From: an uncultured Planctomycetota bacterium
Lineage (GTDB): Bacteria > Planctomycetota > Planctomycetia > Pirellulales > Lacipirellulaceae
Assembly: GCA_963719315.1 (NCBI GenBank)
Contig: CAVRBU010000004.1
Location: 352,001 to 416,000 of the forward strand
Direction: 5' to 3'
DNA: 64,000 nt
Both the position numbers and the translations under genes were made by a program. The notes beneath the pieces are model-generated. The model was given only the letters and a program-made list of their open reading frames with translations. It was not told where the DNA came from and did no database searches. Shown here one piece after another: positions 31,147 through 41,575 of this stretch. Numbering within the stretch: the first letter of the stretch is position 1; every line of letters begins with the position of its first letter.

Positions 31147-31623
31147 ATGATTTGCCTCCGTCGCGTTACAAGTGGTCGCCGACCAGCTTGGATAACACCA
31201 AGCGTGTGTGGTCTGTTGTCGCTGTTGGCATGCGGATTTGTTGCCGGATGCGGTTCGAACAGTCCCTATGCCTATCAGAAAGTTAGCGGAAAAATCACGT
31301 ATGAGGATGGTTCACCCATCTCCGGCAGTGGCTTGATACTACGCTTTGCCGCCCAAGACGCGCCTAAGTTAGAGAGTGCCGTTCCCCGGCCCGCATTTGC
31401 AAGAACCAACGCGCAGGGAGAGTTCGAGTGTGTCACAAGTTATAAGTTTGGCGACGGATTGATCCCAGGCAAGCATAAGGTAGCGATCGAACCGCAAGGC
31501 TCTCTGGACGCCGCCCCGGCTGTGCCCAAGGAATATCGCTCCATTTCTACAACGACGCTTGTGATCGACACTGCCGACTCGCCGCTGGAGATCAAGGTGC
31601 CGAAGCCTAAGGCTAAGCGGTGA
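31147..31623 (+). CDS. Small lipoprotein of the type that follows DUF1559 genes (carboxypeptidase-regulatory-like fold)
   Basis: Lipobox VAGC; VSGKITYEDGSP; TNAQGEF; DGLIPGKHKVAI; VPKEY. Confidence 0.8.
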   Translation: MICLRRVTSGRRPAWITPSVCGLLSLLACGFVAGCGSNSPYAYQKVSGKITYEDGSPISGSGLILRFAAQDAPKLESAVPRPAFARTNAQGEFECVTSYKFGDGLIPGKHKVAIEPQGSLDAAPAVPKEYRSISTTTLVIDTADSPLEIKVPKPKAKR

Positions 31624-31626
31624 ACG

Positions 31627-33138
31627 ATGACGCGAGCCTTTGCGATTCTGTGCTTCGCGGTCTTTGCAGCGGGCGTCGGTGGCATATTGCCGCGGGCCGT
31701 GGCCAACCCGGCCGTGTATGAAATCGGCAGCGATCCGGCCGTCGGGTTCAACCTCATCTCGTGGTTCAACTTCGGCTCCAGCGGCGTTTCGACATGGCAG
31801 AACGCGGTGCAGGGCCTGTACGACGCCGGATTTCGCAGCGTTTCGATCAGCCCGGTGCGCTTCGTGAATATCAATACGGGGCAGATTCTGACCACATCGC
31901 CCAAGGGGCCCGAGCTGAGCCACATCGACGCCGCCGTCGCCCGCGCAAAGTCGCTCGGCATGCGGGTGACGCTCAATCCGTTCGTGGAGCTGTTCGATGC
32001 GCACGGCCCCGGCACGGGCGACGATGAATACTTTGCAGATTTGCCGGGCGGCTGCACCTGGCGCGGCTGTTGGAATCCGACCGCCGGCAGCGCGGTTTCG
32101 AATCAGTTTTGGAGCGATTACCAGAGCTATATGGTCGCTGTCGCCGGGATCGCCGCCACGTACAACGTCGATGCAATGACCGTGGGCACCGAGTACAAGG
32201 CGCTCGACGGCAACAGTGCGCATAACGGGAGCTGGAATACGTTGATTAGCGCCGTCAATGGAGTGTATTCGGGGCCGCTCGGTTATGCAGCCAACTGGGA
32301 CGACTACAGCAACAACAATGTGAAAACAGCGATTTGGGATAATCCGGCGATCGACTTCATCGGCATTGATTCGTATTTCAAGAATTTGGCTACCACCGCG
32401 CAAGCCGACGCCTCGGGCGCGTATCCGAATGCGACGTTCATCAACACCATGACGGCGGCCTGGAACAATAAGCTCAACAATGAGATTCTGCCCTATGCTG
32501 CCGCGCGTAAGGGTGGCGCTGGAATGCCGGTCGCGTTTACCGAAGTCGGCTACCTTCCCTACAACCGCACCACGGTTAATCCGCAAAACAGCAGTGGCCA
32601 GGCGGTGGATACGGACGAGCAGAAAATGGCGTTCAATGGCTTGATCAACGCGCTCGATGGCCGAGGGGATAAATTCCCGGCGATGGATATCTGGCAGTGG
32701 GGTATGTCCGGCTCAGACGGGAGCCTGTGGAATATGGATACGACGGTGCCGGCGAATCAACCCAACAATGTCCCGGCGGCGCAATGGCTGGCTAGCTTTG
32801 TTGCCACGGGGATACTCCCGTTGGCCGGTGAATATAACCGCGACGGCGTGGTCGACGCGGCCGACTACGTCTTATGGCGTAAAAACAGCGGTAAGAATGT
32901 CCTCCAATACAGCGGGGCCGATGGCGATGGCAGCGGCATCGTGGACCTCGTCGACTACAACGTGTGGCGCGCACATCTCGGCGCCGGGAGCGGCGTTGGC
33001 GCGGCCGTCGCGGTCCCAGAACACGCGACAATGTGGCTGATTTTGAGCGCGACACTCATCGCCGGTGGGTGTCGTGGTCGTCGATTCGTCAAATGCGGAT
33101 CGCTCTCTACTGCTTTCGATCTTAATCGTGCAGATTGA
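31627..33138 (+). CDS. GH113-family beta-mannanase-like enzyme with dockerin-like module and PEP-CTERM-like anchor (VPEH)
   Basis: MRVTLNPFV, WRG, TVGTEY, YAANWD, DFIGIDSYF, FTEVGY; GEYNRDGVVDAADYVLWRK..ADGDGSGIVD. Confidence 0.8.
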   Translation: MTRAFAILCFAVFAAGVGGILPRAVANPAVYEIGSDPAVGFNLISWFNFGSSGVSTWQNAVQGLYDAGFRSVSISPVRFVNINTGQILTTSPKGPELSHIDAAVARAKSLGMRVTLNPFVELFDAHGPGTGDDEYFADLPGGCTWRGCWNPTAGSAVSNQFWSDYQSYMVAVAGIAATYNVDAMTVGTEYKALDGNSAHNGSWNTLISAVNGVYSGPLGYAANWDDYSNNNVKTAIWDNPAIDFIGIDSYFKNLATTAQADASGAYPNATFINTMTAAWNNKLNNEILPYAAARKGGAGMPVAFTEVGYLPYNRTTVNPQNSSGQAVDTDEQKMAFNGLINALDGRGDKFPAMDIWQWGMSGSDGSLWNMDTTVPANQPNNVPAAQWLASFVATGILPLAGEYNRDGVVDAADYVLWRKNSGKNVLQYSGADGDGSGIVDLVDYNVWRAHLGAGSGVGAAVAVPEHATMWLILSATLIAGGCRGRRFVKCGSLSTAFDLNRAD

Positions 33139-33190
33139 GGTCGCGGCGACATATAATGCGTGTTGGTGCAGAGTTGTTCGGGAGGCGGCC

Positions 33191-34988
33191 GTGAAATTCG
33201 TTGTTGTGGTTATTCTTGGACTGCTTGTCGCTACGCCTGTGATTGCGCAGGTGTATCGCTACGAGGCGGAGGACGGCCAACTGTTTGGTGGCCTCGTCCG
33301 TAGTTCGTCCGTCCCCGGTTATCAAGGCACCGGCTTCGTCACGAATTTCACCAACACCAGCGACTACTTTCTAACCAGCGCCACCGTGCCGAGCGGCCTG
33401 TACGAGTTGTGGGTCGGCTATCGGTCGCAGTTCGGTCAGAAAGGCTACAAGTACCGGGTCGGCAACGAATACGGCAGCGGCATGTTCGATCAGTCAACGA
33501 CCTTCACCACCGATCGAGCCGGGCTGTTCAACATCACTGCTCCCACCACAACGCTCGGAATCTATAAAGATTGGGGTTACCACGACGTCGACTATCTGGA
33601 GCTGCGACCATTCACGCCGCCCGCCGTGCTTCCCATTGCCCCGCAACTGACCGACGCGTCGGCGAACGAGCGCACGCAGCAGCTCATGAACTACATGACC
33701 AGCATCTACGGCCAGAAAACGCTCTCCGGTCATCAACACGATAGCAGCAAGAACCTGCCGTTTCCCAGTTCCACCTACCTCAATCTCTCGGGCGGATTGA
33801 AGCCCGCGATTCGCGCCTCCGACTTCATCGAGTACTCGCCAACGCGCATCGCCAACGGCTCGAATCCGAACAACGAATCGGAACAATCAATCGCCTGGGC
33901 TAAACAAAACAACGGCATCATCAGCATGAGCTGGCATTGGAACGCACCGGCGAATCTGGTGAACACGCCGTGCGGCAGCAATTGCGGCGCGAATGACTAT
34001 CCTTGGTGGCGCGGCTTCTACACCCAAGGCACGACCTTTGACCTGCCCGGCGCTCGCCAATCCAGCCGGCTCCGACTATCAACTCTTGCTCCGCGACATC
34101 GACGCCATCGGCGTGCAGCTCAAAAAGTTTCAAGATGCCGGCGTTCCCGTCATCTGGCGACCGTTGCACGAAGCCCAAGGCAGTTGGTTCTGGTGGGGCG
34201 CTCACGGCCCCGACACGTTCAAACAACTCTGGCGGCTAACCTACGATCGGCTCACCAACCACGACGGAATCCACAATCTGATCTGGGAGTTCACCTCTTC
34301 GGCCGCCGAAGGCAACTTCCAAGCCTGGTATCCGGGCGACGATGTGGTCGACATGATCGGCCTCGATATCTACACCGACCCCACCAGCAGCATGAGCGGC
34401 CAGTGGTACGACGTGCTCAATGAGTACAACGGCCGCAAAATGATTGCCCTGTCCGAATCGGGCACGCTTCCCAATGCGACCTCGATGAGCACGTTCAACA
34501 TCGACTGGAGTTACTTTTCGATGTGGCAGGACGGCTTCTTGGACGACTTCACTGCTCAACAAGTCCAAGCTCTGCTCAACAGCGATAGAATCATCACGCT
34601 GGACGAACTGCCCACGTTGCCCTGGAGCAATTCCGCATTCATCGCCGGCGACTTCAATCGCGATGGCACGGTGAACGCGGCCGATTACATCGTGTGGCGC
34701 AACTCGAACGGCCAAACCGGCTCCGGCCTCGCCGCCGACGGTGACCTCAACGGCCAAATCGACAACGCCGACTACGCCCTCTGGCGTTCCCACTTCGGCC
34801 CAACCGCCGGCAGCGGTACTGGAACCAGTCCTGCCGCCATACCCGAACCCGCCATTTTCCTCTTGCTCATCGTAGGGGTGAGTATCTCATTAGTTGGTGA
34901 CATTAGACTGCGGTCTGGTACCAAAAGGCTTCCCACTGACCAAGCTGGCCGAGGTATAGGGCGCGGAGGTAGTAGAGGCTGGCGCTGA
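33191..34988 (+). CDS. GH26 beta-mannanase with N-terminal CBM35-like domain, dockerin-like module and PEP-CTERM; frameshift near 34050
   Basis: RYEAEDG, SWHWNAP, WWRGFYT (33065 frame); VIWRPLHEAQGSWFWWG, HNLIW, WYPGDDVVDMIGLDIY, IALSESG, WSYFSMW, IPEP (33993 frame). Confidence 0.85.
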
Positions 34989-35277
34989 CGGGCTCTCGCC
35001 AGCGCATGCCGCTGCCTTTGAGGCGTCCGCCCACGACCTGCTTGCCAGCGGCTTCCACCGGGCCGGAGCCAAGCATCCACCCGCGAGCCAAGTACCTGGG
35101 AACAACGGCTCCGCCGCCGCTTCCTCTTCCGCAGTGAGTTCCTGATCCAACGCGTTGTTCTGCTTGGCCAACGATCCGATCTCCTTTCAGCAAGTTCGAG
35201 AATTGCCCCGCTTGTCACTACTTCTCCAGCAGAGTTGATTTTCCTCCCGGAATCGAGACGTTCACCATACGACACCC
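34876..35277 (-). mobile_element. Internally deleted ISKra4-family element (402 bp) with transposase C-terminal remnant
   Basis: Minus-strand RYLARGWMLGSGPVEAAGKQVVGGRLKGSGMRW..LRALYL..WEAFW; ends GGGTG..CACCC; flanks tcgtag / tcgaag. Confidence 0.7.
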
Positions 35278-35376
35278 TCGAAGGGGTGTCGCGTCTTGCC
35301 TTTCTGCCCGCGGCGCGATTACGCTAAGCATTACCGGAACGATTCGGGCCGGAAGGAAACAGAGGGGATTTTCTAG

Positions 35377-36024
35377 ATGAATATGGTTTTCGCGACGACG
35401 ATTAACGACATCGCCAAACACTTGGGCGATGCCTGTTACGCATTTCTGGCTCTTAACTTTTTGTGGGGCCTCTATAATGTAATCATGGGCTTCCGCCGCG
35501 TGCGCGAGCTGGACTTTGGAGGGCATGAGGAGCAGGCCGAATACGTGGATGAAGTTGTCCAGGATTTACAATCCGGAAACTATCGCGCGATCGAAGAACT
35601 CACGAACGACGATCCCCGCGCATTGCCGCAGCTTATCGAGCTGGCGGTAGCAAATCGCCAACTTAGTTACGATCAGATGCGGCAAGTCGTGATGGAGATT
35701 TTGCAGCGCGATGTGATGGGCGACCTCGAATACCGCACGAACTGGATCGCGACCTCGATCAAGTGCGGGCCGCTGCTCGGGCTGTTCGGCACGGTGCTGG
35801 GCATGATGGCGGCATTCGGCCGCATCGGCACCGGCGAGAAAGTCGAGCCGTCGATGATCGCGGCCGAAATCAGCATCGCGTTGATTTGCACGGCGATGGG
35901 GCTCGGTACGGCTATTCCGTTTAATTTCCTGCTGGCTAGCCTGACGACCAAAATCCGGAACCTGCAGGATGCGCTAGGCGCCGGGCTGATGCGGGTGCTG
36001 GATTTCTTTAAACCTCGCGGATAA
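35377..36024 (+). CDS. exbB: MotA/TolQ/ExbB proton channel protein
   Basis: GPLLGLFGTVLGMMAAFG, ISIALICTAMGLGTAIP. Confidence 0.85.
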   Translation: MNMVFATTINDIAKHLGDACYAFLALNFLWGLYNVIMGFRRVRELDFGGHEEQAEYVDEVVQDLQSGNYRAIEELTNDDPRALPQLIELAVANRQLSYDQMRQVVMEILQRDVMGDLEYRTNWIATSIKCGPLLGLFGTVLGMMAAFGRIGTGEKVEPSMIAAEISIALICTAMGLGTAIPFNFLLASLTTKIRNLQDALGAGLMRVLDFFKPRG

Positions 36025-36039
36025 CTGGGGAAACGTCCC

Positions 36040-36522
36040 ATGGATTCCTCCGTCTTCGGCCTCGGATCGACCGGCGCCGACGAATTGATGGCGCGTCGCC
36101 CCGATCATGAACCGCCCGAGTTCGATATCACGGCGATGGTCGATCTGGTGTTCATGATGAACATCTACTTTCTTGTGACGTTTGTGACCGTGGCGATGGG
36201 CGGGCTGAACCTGCCGTCGGCAACGCACGTCGCCGCGCTCGATGGAGATACGGCCGTCATCCTCTCCCTCGTGCGGAGCCTCGATGGAAAGTCGGTGTCG
36301 GTCTACCTGGGCGACGGCACCGAAAGCGAAGCGATCAACGATCCGGCTCAGCAAGAACAGCGAATTCAAGCGGCGGTCGAGCAAGGCCTTGCGGAGGGCA
36401 AGAAGGCCGTGCTGCTCAAGGCGGAAAAGAAGGTGCGGCTGGCGGACTTGTTTCGCGTGGCGACGGCCGCGACCGTGGAAGGTGTAAAGCTCCACGTGGC
36501 CGTGCTGGAGAAGGACAAGTGA
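36040..36522 (+). CDS. exbD: ExbD/TolR biopolymer transport protein
   Basis: FDITAMVDLVFMMNIYFLV, LNLPSA, VLLKAEK. Confidence 0.85.
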   Translation: MDSSVFGLGSTGADELMARRPDHEPPEFDITAMVDLVFMMNIYFLVTFVTVAMGGLNLPSATHVAALDGDTAVILSLVRSLDGKSVSVYLGDGTESEAINDPAQQEQRIQAAVEQGLAEGKKAVLLKAEKKVRLADLFRVATAATVEGVKLHVAVLEKDK

Positions 36523-37157
36523 CAAAGATCACCTTCGCATGTCGGTACTGCGGCAAGAAGCTGTCGGCGTCGGAGACGAGTGCCGGCCGGGAGAAGACGT
36601 GCCCTAACTGCCGTGCGCGGGTGGTAGTTCCGACGCCGGAAGCCGCGGCTCAAAAGACCGCGACGGGCGAGACGAAGCCCCGACAGGCCGCCGACCATCC
36701 AGTTCTGATGATGGGCCGCCGTCCGGAGCATAAAGACCTGATCGACATGACGGCGATGGTCGACATCGTATTCTTTTTGTTGATTTTCTTTCTGGTCACG
36801 TCGCTGCAGTCGATCGAGGCCGTGATTGATCTGCCGGCCCCGCAAATTCCGGCGAGCGCGCCCGATAGCGTGCAGGCGGTGCCCGATATCGCCAACGATC
36901 CGAATTACGTGGTTGTGACGATCGACGACAACGACGCGGTGGATGTCGACGGCGAGGAAGCGATTGGCGAGCAGGACCTGCGTGCGAAACTCCGCGCCGC
37001 GCACCAGGAACACGACAAGGATGGGATGATGATCAACGGCTCGGCCGATTCGACGCACGGCAAATTCGTGATGGTTCTCGATGCCGGGGCCAGCGCGGGA
37101 ATGACGCAGATCCTGTTCTCTGTGCCCCGCACCGACGAGGCGTCCACCGGGGGCTAA
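36519..37157 (+). CDS. exbD: Second ExbD/TolR protein with N-terminal Cys4 zinc ribbon
   Basis: CRYCGKK..CPNC; IDMTAMVDIVFFLLIFFLV; HGKFVMVLD. Confidence 0.85.
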   Translation: MTKITFACRYCGKKLSASETSAGREKTCPNCRARVVVPTPEAAAQKTATGETKPRQAADHPVLMMGRRPEHKDLIDMTAMVDIVFFLLIFFLVTSLQSIEAVIDLPAPQIPASAPDSVQAVPDIANDPNYVVVTIDDNDAVDVDGEEAIGEQDLRAKLRAAHQEHDKDGMMINGSADSTHGKFVMVLDAGASAGMTQILFSVPRTDEASTGG

Positions 37158-37327
37158 CCCCCGAATTCCGACAGGCAGCCGAAAAGCGGGGCAGACATTC
37201 TCCTCAGCAAAGCCGCTAGAAAACCACCCGCCCACCGATTGTATTTTCCGCCCCAGTCGGTAAGATGTCGGCTTCGTCAACTCGCCAATGTTCATCATCG
37301 AAGTCGACACCAATATGAGGTCGTGCC

Positions 37328-39105
37328 ATGTCGAGGCGCACAATGCTGTTTCTGGCTCACTGCACGAGCCGTAAGGCGCGCGTGGATCGCCGCGCGACGA
37401 AGCGGCCCGGCCGCCGGCTTCGGTTCGAGCCGCTCGAAGACCGCCGCGTGTTGGCGACGATTACGGTAACGAGTCTGAATGATGCAGCAGTCACCGGCCC
37501 CAACAGGCGCCGGGCACACTGCGGCAAGCAATTTATGACGCCAATGCGTTGCCCAACGCTGACGTGATCGAGTTCGCTCCTAACCTGAGCGGCAACGTTA
37601 GTTTGTCCGTGATGGACGATACGGCAGCAGGCAGCTCGGCTCTGTTGATCGCGACGCCGATAACGATTCGCGGCAACGCGAACGGCATCACGATCGCCCG
37701 CGACTCGGCGGCGGTCGAGATGCGGCTGTTTCGCGTCACGGCAGCCGGGGATCTGACGTTAGAAACGATTTCGCTCACGGGTGGAATCGTGCGCGGCATG
37801 GATGCCACGTTGCCCGATCAAGAGGGTGGAAGCAGCCGGGGCGGCGCCGTGCTGAACGAGGGCAAACTGCAAATCGCGGCGAGCACGATTTACGCGAATC
37901 AGGCAATCGGGGGCAACGGTGGTGTGCTTGGGCGGGGCGGCGCCGGCCTGGGCGGAGCCGTTTACAATGACGTAGGGATACTCTCGATATCCAGTTCTAC
38001 GTTCTCGGGCAACGCCGTCATCAGCGGTTCGGGATCAACGACACCCAGCAGCTTCGGCGGAGCGATCTACTCAAAGAATGGGTCGCTCTCGGTTCACAAC
38101 GTCACGATCACCAACAGCACAGCATCGACGGGGCGCGGAATATACATGTTGGCCCAGGAAGGCACGGCGTCGGCCGATATTCAGAGCACGATTATTGGCC
38201 AGAGCGATTTGACGGCTCAGGCCCGTGAATTCCTGACCGCGCTCGATACAAACGGTCAGTTCATCATCACGGGAGCGAACAACTTGATCCGGTCACAGGG
38301 AGACTTCCAGTCGATAACGTATTCCACGGACGACCCATTGCTCGGTCCACTCGCAGCCAACGGCGGACCGACGCTCACGCATGCCGTGGGGGCCGATAGC
38401 CCAACGATCGACCACGGAAATAATGCGCAAAGTTTCGCGCACGATCAACGCGGCGCCGGCTACTCGCGCGTTGTCGGCGTCGCGGCCGATATCGGGGCCT
38501 ACGAACTGCAAACGGACGTCGCCCCGTCGCTGCTGGGCGATTACAACGGCAACCACATTGTAGATGCCGCCGATTACGTGCTGTGGCGGAAGACGCTCAA
38601 CACGAGTGTGCCGCAATACTCCGGCGCCGATGGCAGCGGGGATGGCACGATAGATGAAGCCGATTTCGGCGTTTGGCGCGAGCACTTCGGTGCGACGTCA
38701 CCACCCGGCGCAGCGGCTTCGTCGTCGTTGAGCGCATCGGTGATTGGATCCGATTTGGGCGTGACGCAGAATTCGCCGCGATTCGCTTCCGAGGCAATGG
38801 CAATTGCGGCGGCGCCGGATGCGGTTTTTATCGACTCAGTCCTGGCTGCCGGCGTGAGTGTCACGGTGAACAACCGGCGTGGTGCGAGGCCGAATCGCGG
38901 TGCGAATTTCGCGTCAACGAGCCGCGGCAACCTGGCTCTCGCGGAGCTATCACCAGCGACCCATCGAAGTCGCGCCCGCGGCGATGCATCTTTCGTGCCT
39001 CCAAATTCAAGTGGGTTGGAAGTAGAACCACCAATCGATTGCGACGCACTTGTCGCGGAGTCGGTTTGGGCCGAGTGGCCGAATACCTTGGAGCGCGGGG
39101 CTTAG
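37328..39105 (+). CDS. Exported beta-helix (polymorphic-membrane-protein/choice-of-anchor-Q-like) protein with dockerin-like module; frameshift near 37510-37545
   Basis: RRLRFEPLEDRRVLATITVTSLND; GGAVYN/GGAIYS repeats; DPLLGPLAANGGPTLTH..DQRG..DIGAYE; GDYNGNHIVDAADYVLWRK. Confidence 0.75.
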
Positions 39106-39118
39106 TTGGCTCGGACGG

Positions 39119-40180
39119 TTACTCTAGCGTTTCGCCGAACGGCGTTGTGCGCCGTGGCATCCATTTGCAGAGCAGGATGCCGAAGAAGAAGAGCCCCACG
39201 AGCGGAGCGGCCATCAGCATCATGCTGTACGGGTCGCTCGGCGTGAGCACCATGGAGAGGAAGCAGATCACCAGCACCGAAATTCGCCAATTTCCCAAGT
39301 ACGTTTTGACGGTGAAGATGCCGATCCGTTCCAGGAATAGCATCACGAGCGGCAATTGGAAGCTGATGCCGAAGCCCAGCGGCAGAACCAGCACGAACGT
39401 CAGCCAATCGGTGATCCGCGGATCGGGGTCGATGCCCATCCAGTCGAAGAACGTGAACAAGAATGCCAGCACGTATTTGAAGACGACGAAGAATGCGAGC
39501 GCGGCGCCGGCCAGGAATAGCCCCGTACTAAATGGCAGGAATATGCGCACATATCGCTGCTCATGAGGATAGAGCCCGGCCGCGATGAACTGCCAGATGA
39601 AGTAGAACACAAACGGGCTAGCCAAGATGATGCCCAACACGATCGCGGCTTTTATGTAAACAACGAAGGGTTCCTCCACTTTTAGGCCGATGATCCGCAC
39701 TCGAGGATCGTCTTCCACATGGTGATACATGCGTACTTTGACGAGGTTTTTGCGATCGATACCTTGGTCTTCAGCTTCATGCGGCAACGCCGATTTTTCG
39801 ATTGCATTGGGCGCGATATCCTTCATCGCCTGCACCATCTCCCGCGGATCGACATAGTGTTCTTCCGTCACCAACTGCTGTTCGGCAAACAATTTCGCGG
39901 CGGCGTCGATGTCCTCGGGCACCGGTTTGCCATCCTGTTGCTGCTTGATCAAATACCTGCGATATTCATCGCCGGCGGTGCGACTGTAAAATTCCTTGAG
40001 CGCATTCTTGAGCGGGGTCTGCACGTAATCGACCAAGCTGCCGGCGAACAACAGTCCAACGAGAACCCCCACCACTAGCGATATGATCGCCTTCACCAAC
40101 GACATTCGGAGCTCCTCAAGGTGCTCTCCGAAGGTCATCTTCGTGTGTTCGAACAGGTCTTCGTTGTATTGACGATGCAC
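39119..40180 (-). CDS. tatC: Twin-arginine translocase subunit TatC
   Basis: MTFGEHLEELR, IWQFIAAGLYPHE, FGISFQLPL, VLTPSDPYSM. Confidence 0.92.
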   Translation of the reverse strand: MHRQYNEDLFEHTKMTFGEHLEELRMSLVKAIISLVVGVLVGLLFAGSLVDYVQTPLKNALKEFYSRTAGDEYRRYLIKQQQDGKPVPEDIDAAAKLFAEQQLVTEEHYVDPREMVQAMKDIAPNAIEKSALPHEAEDQGIDRKNLVKVRMYHHVEDDPRVRIIGLKVEEPFVVYIKAAIVLGIILASPFVFYFIWQFIAAGLYPHEQRYVRIFLPFSTGLFLAGAALAFFVVFKYVLAFLFTFFDWMGIDPDPRITDWLTFVLVLPLGFGISFQLPLVMLFLERIGIFTVKTYLGNWRISVLVICFLSMVLTPSDPYSMMLMAAPLVGLFFFGILLCKWMPRRTTPFGETLE

Positions 40181-40306
40181 GGGTGCAAGGGGGAAGGGGA
40201 GGGGGGAGGATGGTAGGCCGGAAGCGACTGACTGGAGACGCCTATTAGCGATGATAGCCACGCACGTGCCGGGCGACAACGAGTAGAAGTCCGTTCGCTC
40301 TACGGG

Positions 40307-40424
40307 TGGTTTTTTAATTTGGCACCGTTCGGACCGGAACTTTGTAGCACGGACTTCAGTCCGTACGAGAATCACGGACTGAAGTCCGTGCTACCAGGTT
40401 GTTGTGCCGCAAATTAGGACACCA
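40307..40424. mobile_element. 118-bp MITE-like element enclosing a GTAG REP doublet (copy 1, left end degenerate)
   Basis: Aligns without gaps to 60014-60131; core gtagcacggacttcagtccgt-acgagaatc-acggactgaagtccgtgctac; right end aaattaggacacca. Confidence 0.8.
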
Positions 40425-40503
40425 CCGCTCAGGGAGCGGAATTGCGTCTCGTGGAGCGAGACGACTACACTGTGGGAAGAATACCCCATCGTACGAGAGA
40501 TTC

Positions 40504-41473
40504 ATGACCTCACTTCCGCCATTGCGATTTCGACCGATTTTGCGCGAGTATTTATGGGGCGGCCGGCGGCTCGGCACGGAACTCGGCAAACCGATCGGCA
40601 ACATGGAGCGCTGTGCCGAAAGCTGGGAGATCGTGGACCACGGCGATGATCAGAGTATCGTGGTAGACGGACCACTCGCGGGCAGACGGCTTCACGACCT
40701 CGTTACGCACGATGGCGCGGCGCTCTTCGGTCGTCACCAGCCGAAGCGGCAATTCCCGCTGCTGTTGAAATTTCTCGATTGTCGGCAGACACTCTCCGTG
40801 CAAGTGCACCCAAACGACGAGCAGGCGGCACAACTCGATCCGCCCGATTTGGGCAAAACGGAAGCCTGGGTCGTTCTTGCCGCCGAGCCGGGCAGCAAAG
40901 TGTACGCAGGCCTCAAGCCAGGCGTGGATCGAGCGACGCTCGCGCGAGTTGGCTCGCGGGACATGCGATGCGTGTCTGCACGAGTTCGAGCCGAGTGTGG
41001 GAGACTGCGTGCTGATCGAGGCCGGCACGGTCCATGCCTTAGGCGCGGGCCTATTGATCGCCGAAATCCAGCAGGCGAGCGACACGACATATCGACTGTT
41101 CGATTGGAACCGCGTCGATCGTGACGGCAAACCGCGTGCGCTGCACATTGAGCAGGCGCTAGAGACGATCGACTTCGATCGAGGGCCGGTGAATCCGAGT
41201 CGGCCGGAAGCCACGGAGCGAATCGACGTTGAACGCCTCGTGGAGTGCGGTAAGTTCGTTCTCGATCGGTGGCATCTTGATGCGGAGGATGAGCTACCGC
41301 GCGATGACCGTTTCCACATACTGTCGGTGGTGGAGGGCAGTGCATCGCTAAGCGCAGACAACATTCGCCAAGACTTACACCGCGGAGATTCGATACTTGT
41401 TCCGGCGTCCACGCCGCATGTGGATCTCGTGCCGCAGGGCAGGGCGGAGTTGCTGGACATGTATTTGCCCTAG
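40504..41473 (+). CDS. manA: Class I mannose-6-phosphate isomerase; frameshift near 40945
   Basis: YLWGGRRL, AESWE, FPLLLKFLD..LSVQVHP, GKTEAW; AGTVHALG..EIQQASDTTYRLFDWNR..RALH. Confidence 0.88.
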
Positions 41474-41575
41474 AATTCCAGCATCAACTTCGGTTGGCCG
41501 TTTTATTGCGGGTCGCCTATAATCCGCGGCCCGATTGGCTCGTCGGGTCGCACGTGATTTGCCGGAAGGACCGCC

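Noticed and set aside
31369..32586. 405-aa antisense ORF (likewise 60121..61341, 55637..56650, 36366..37343)
   Set aside because: Antisense to well-supported genes; typical of high-GC codon bias
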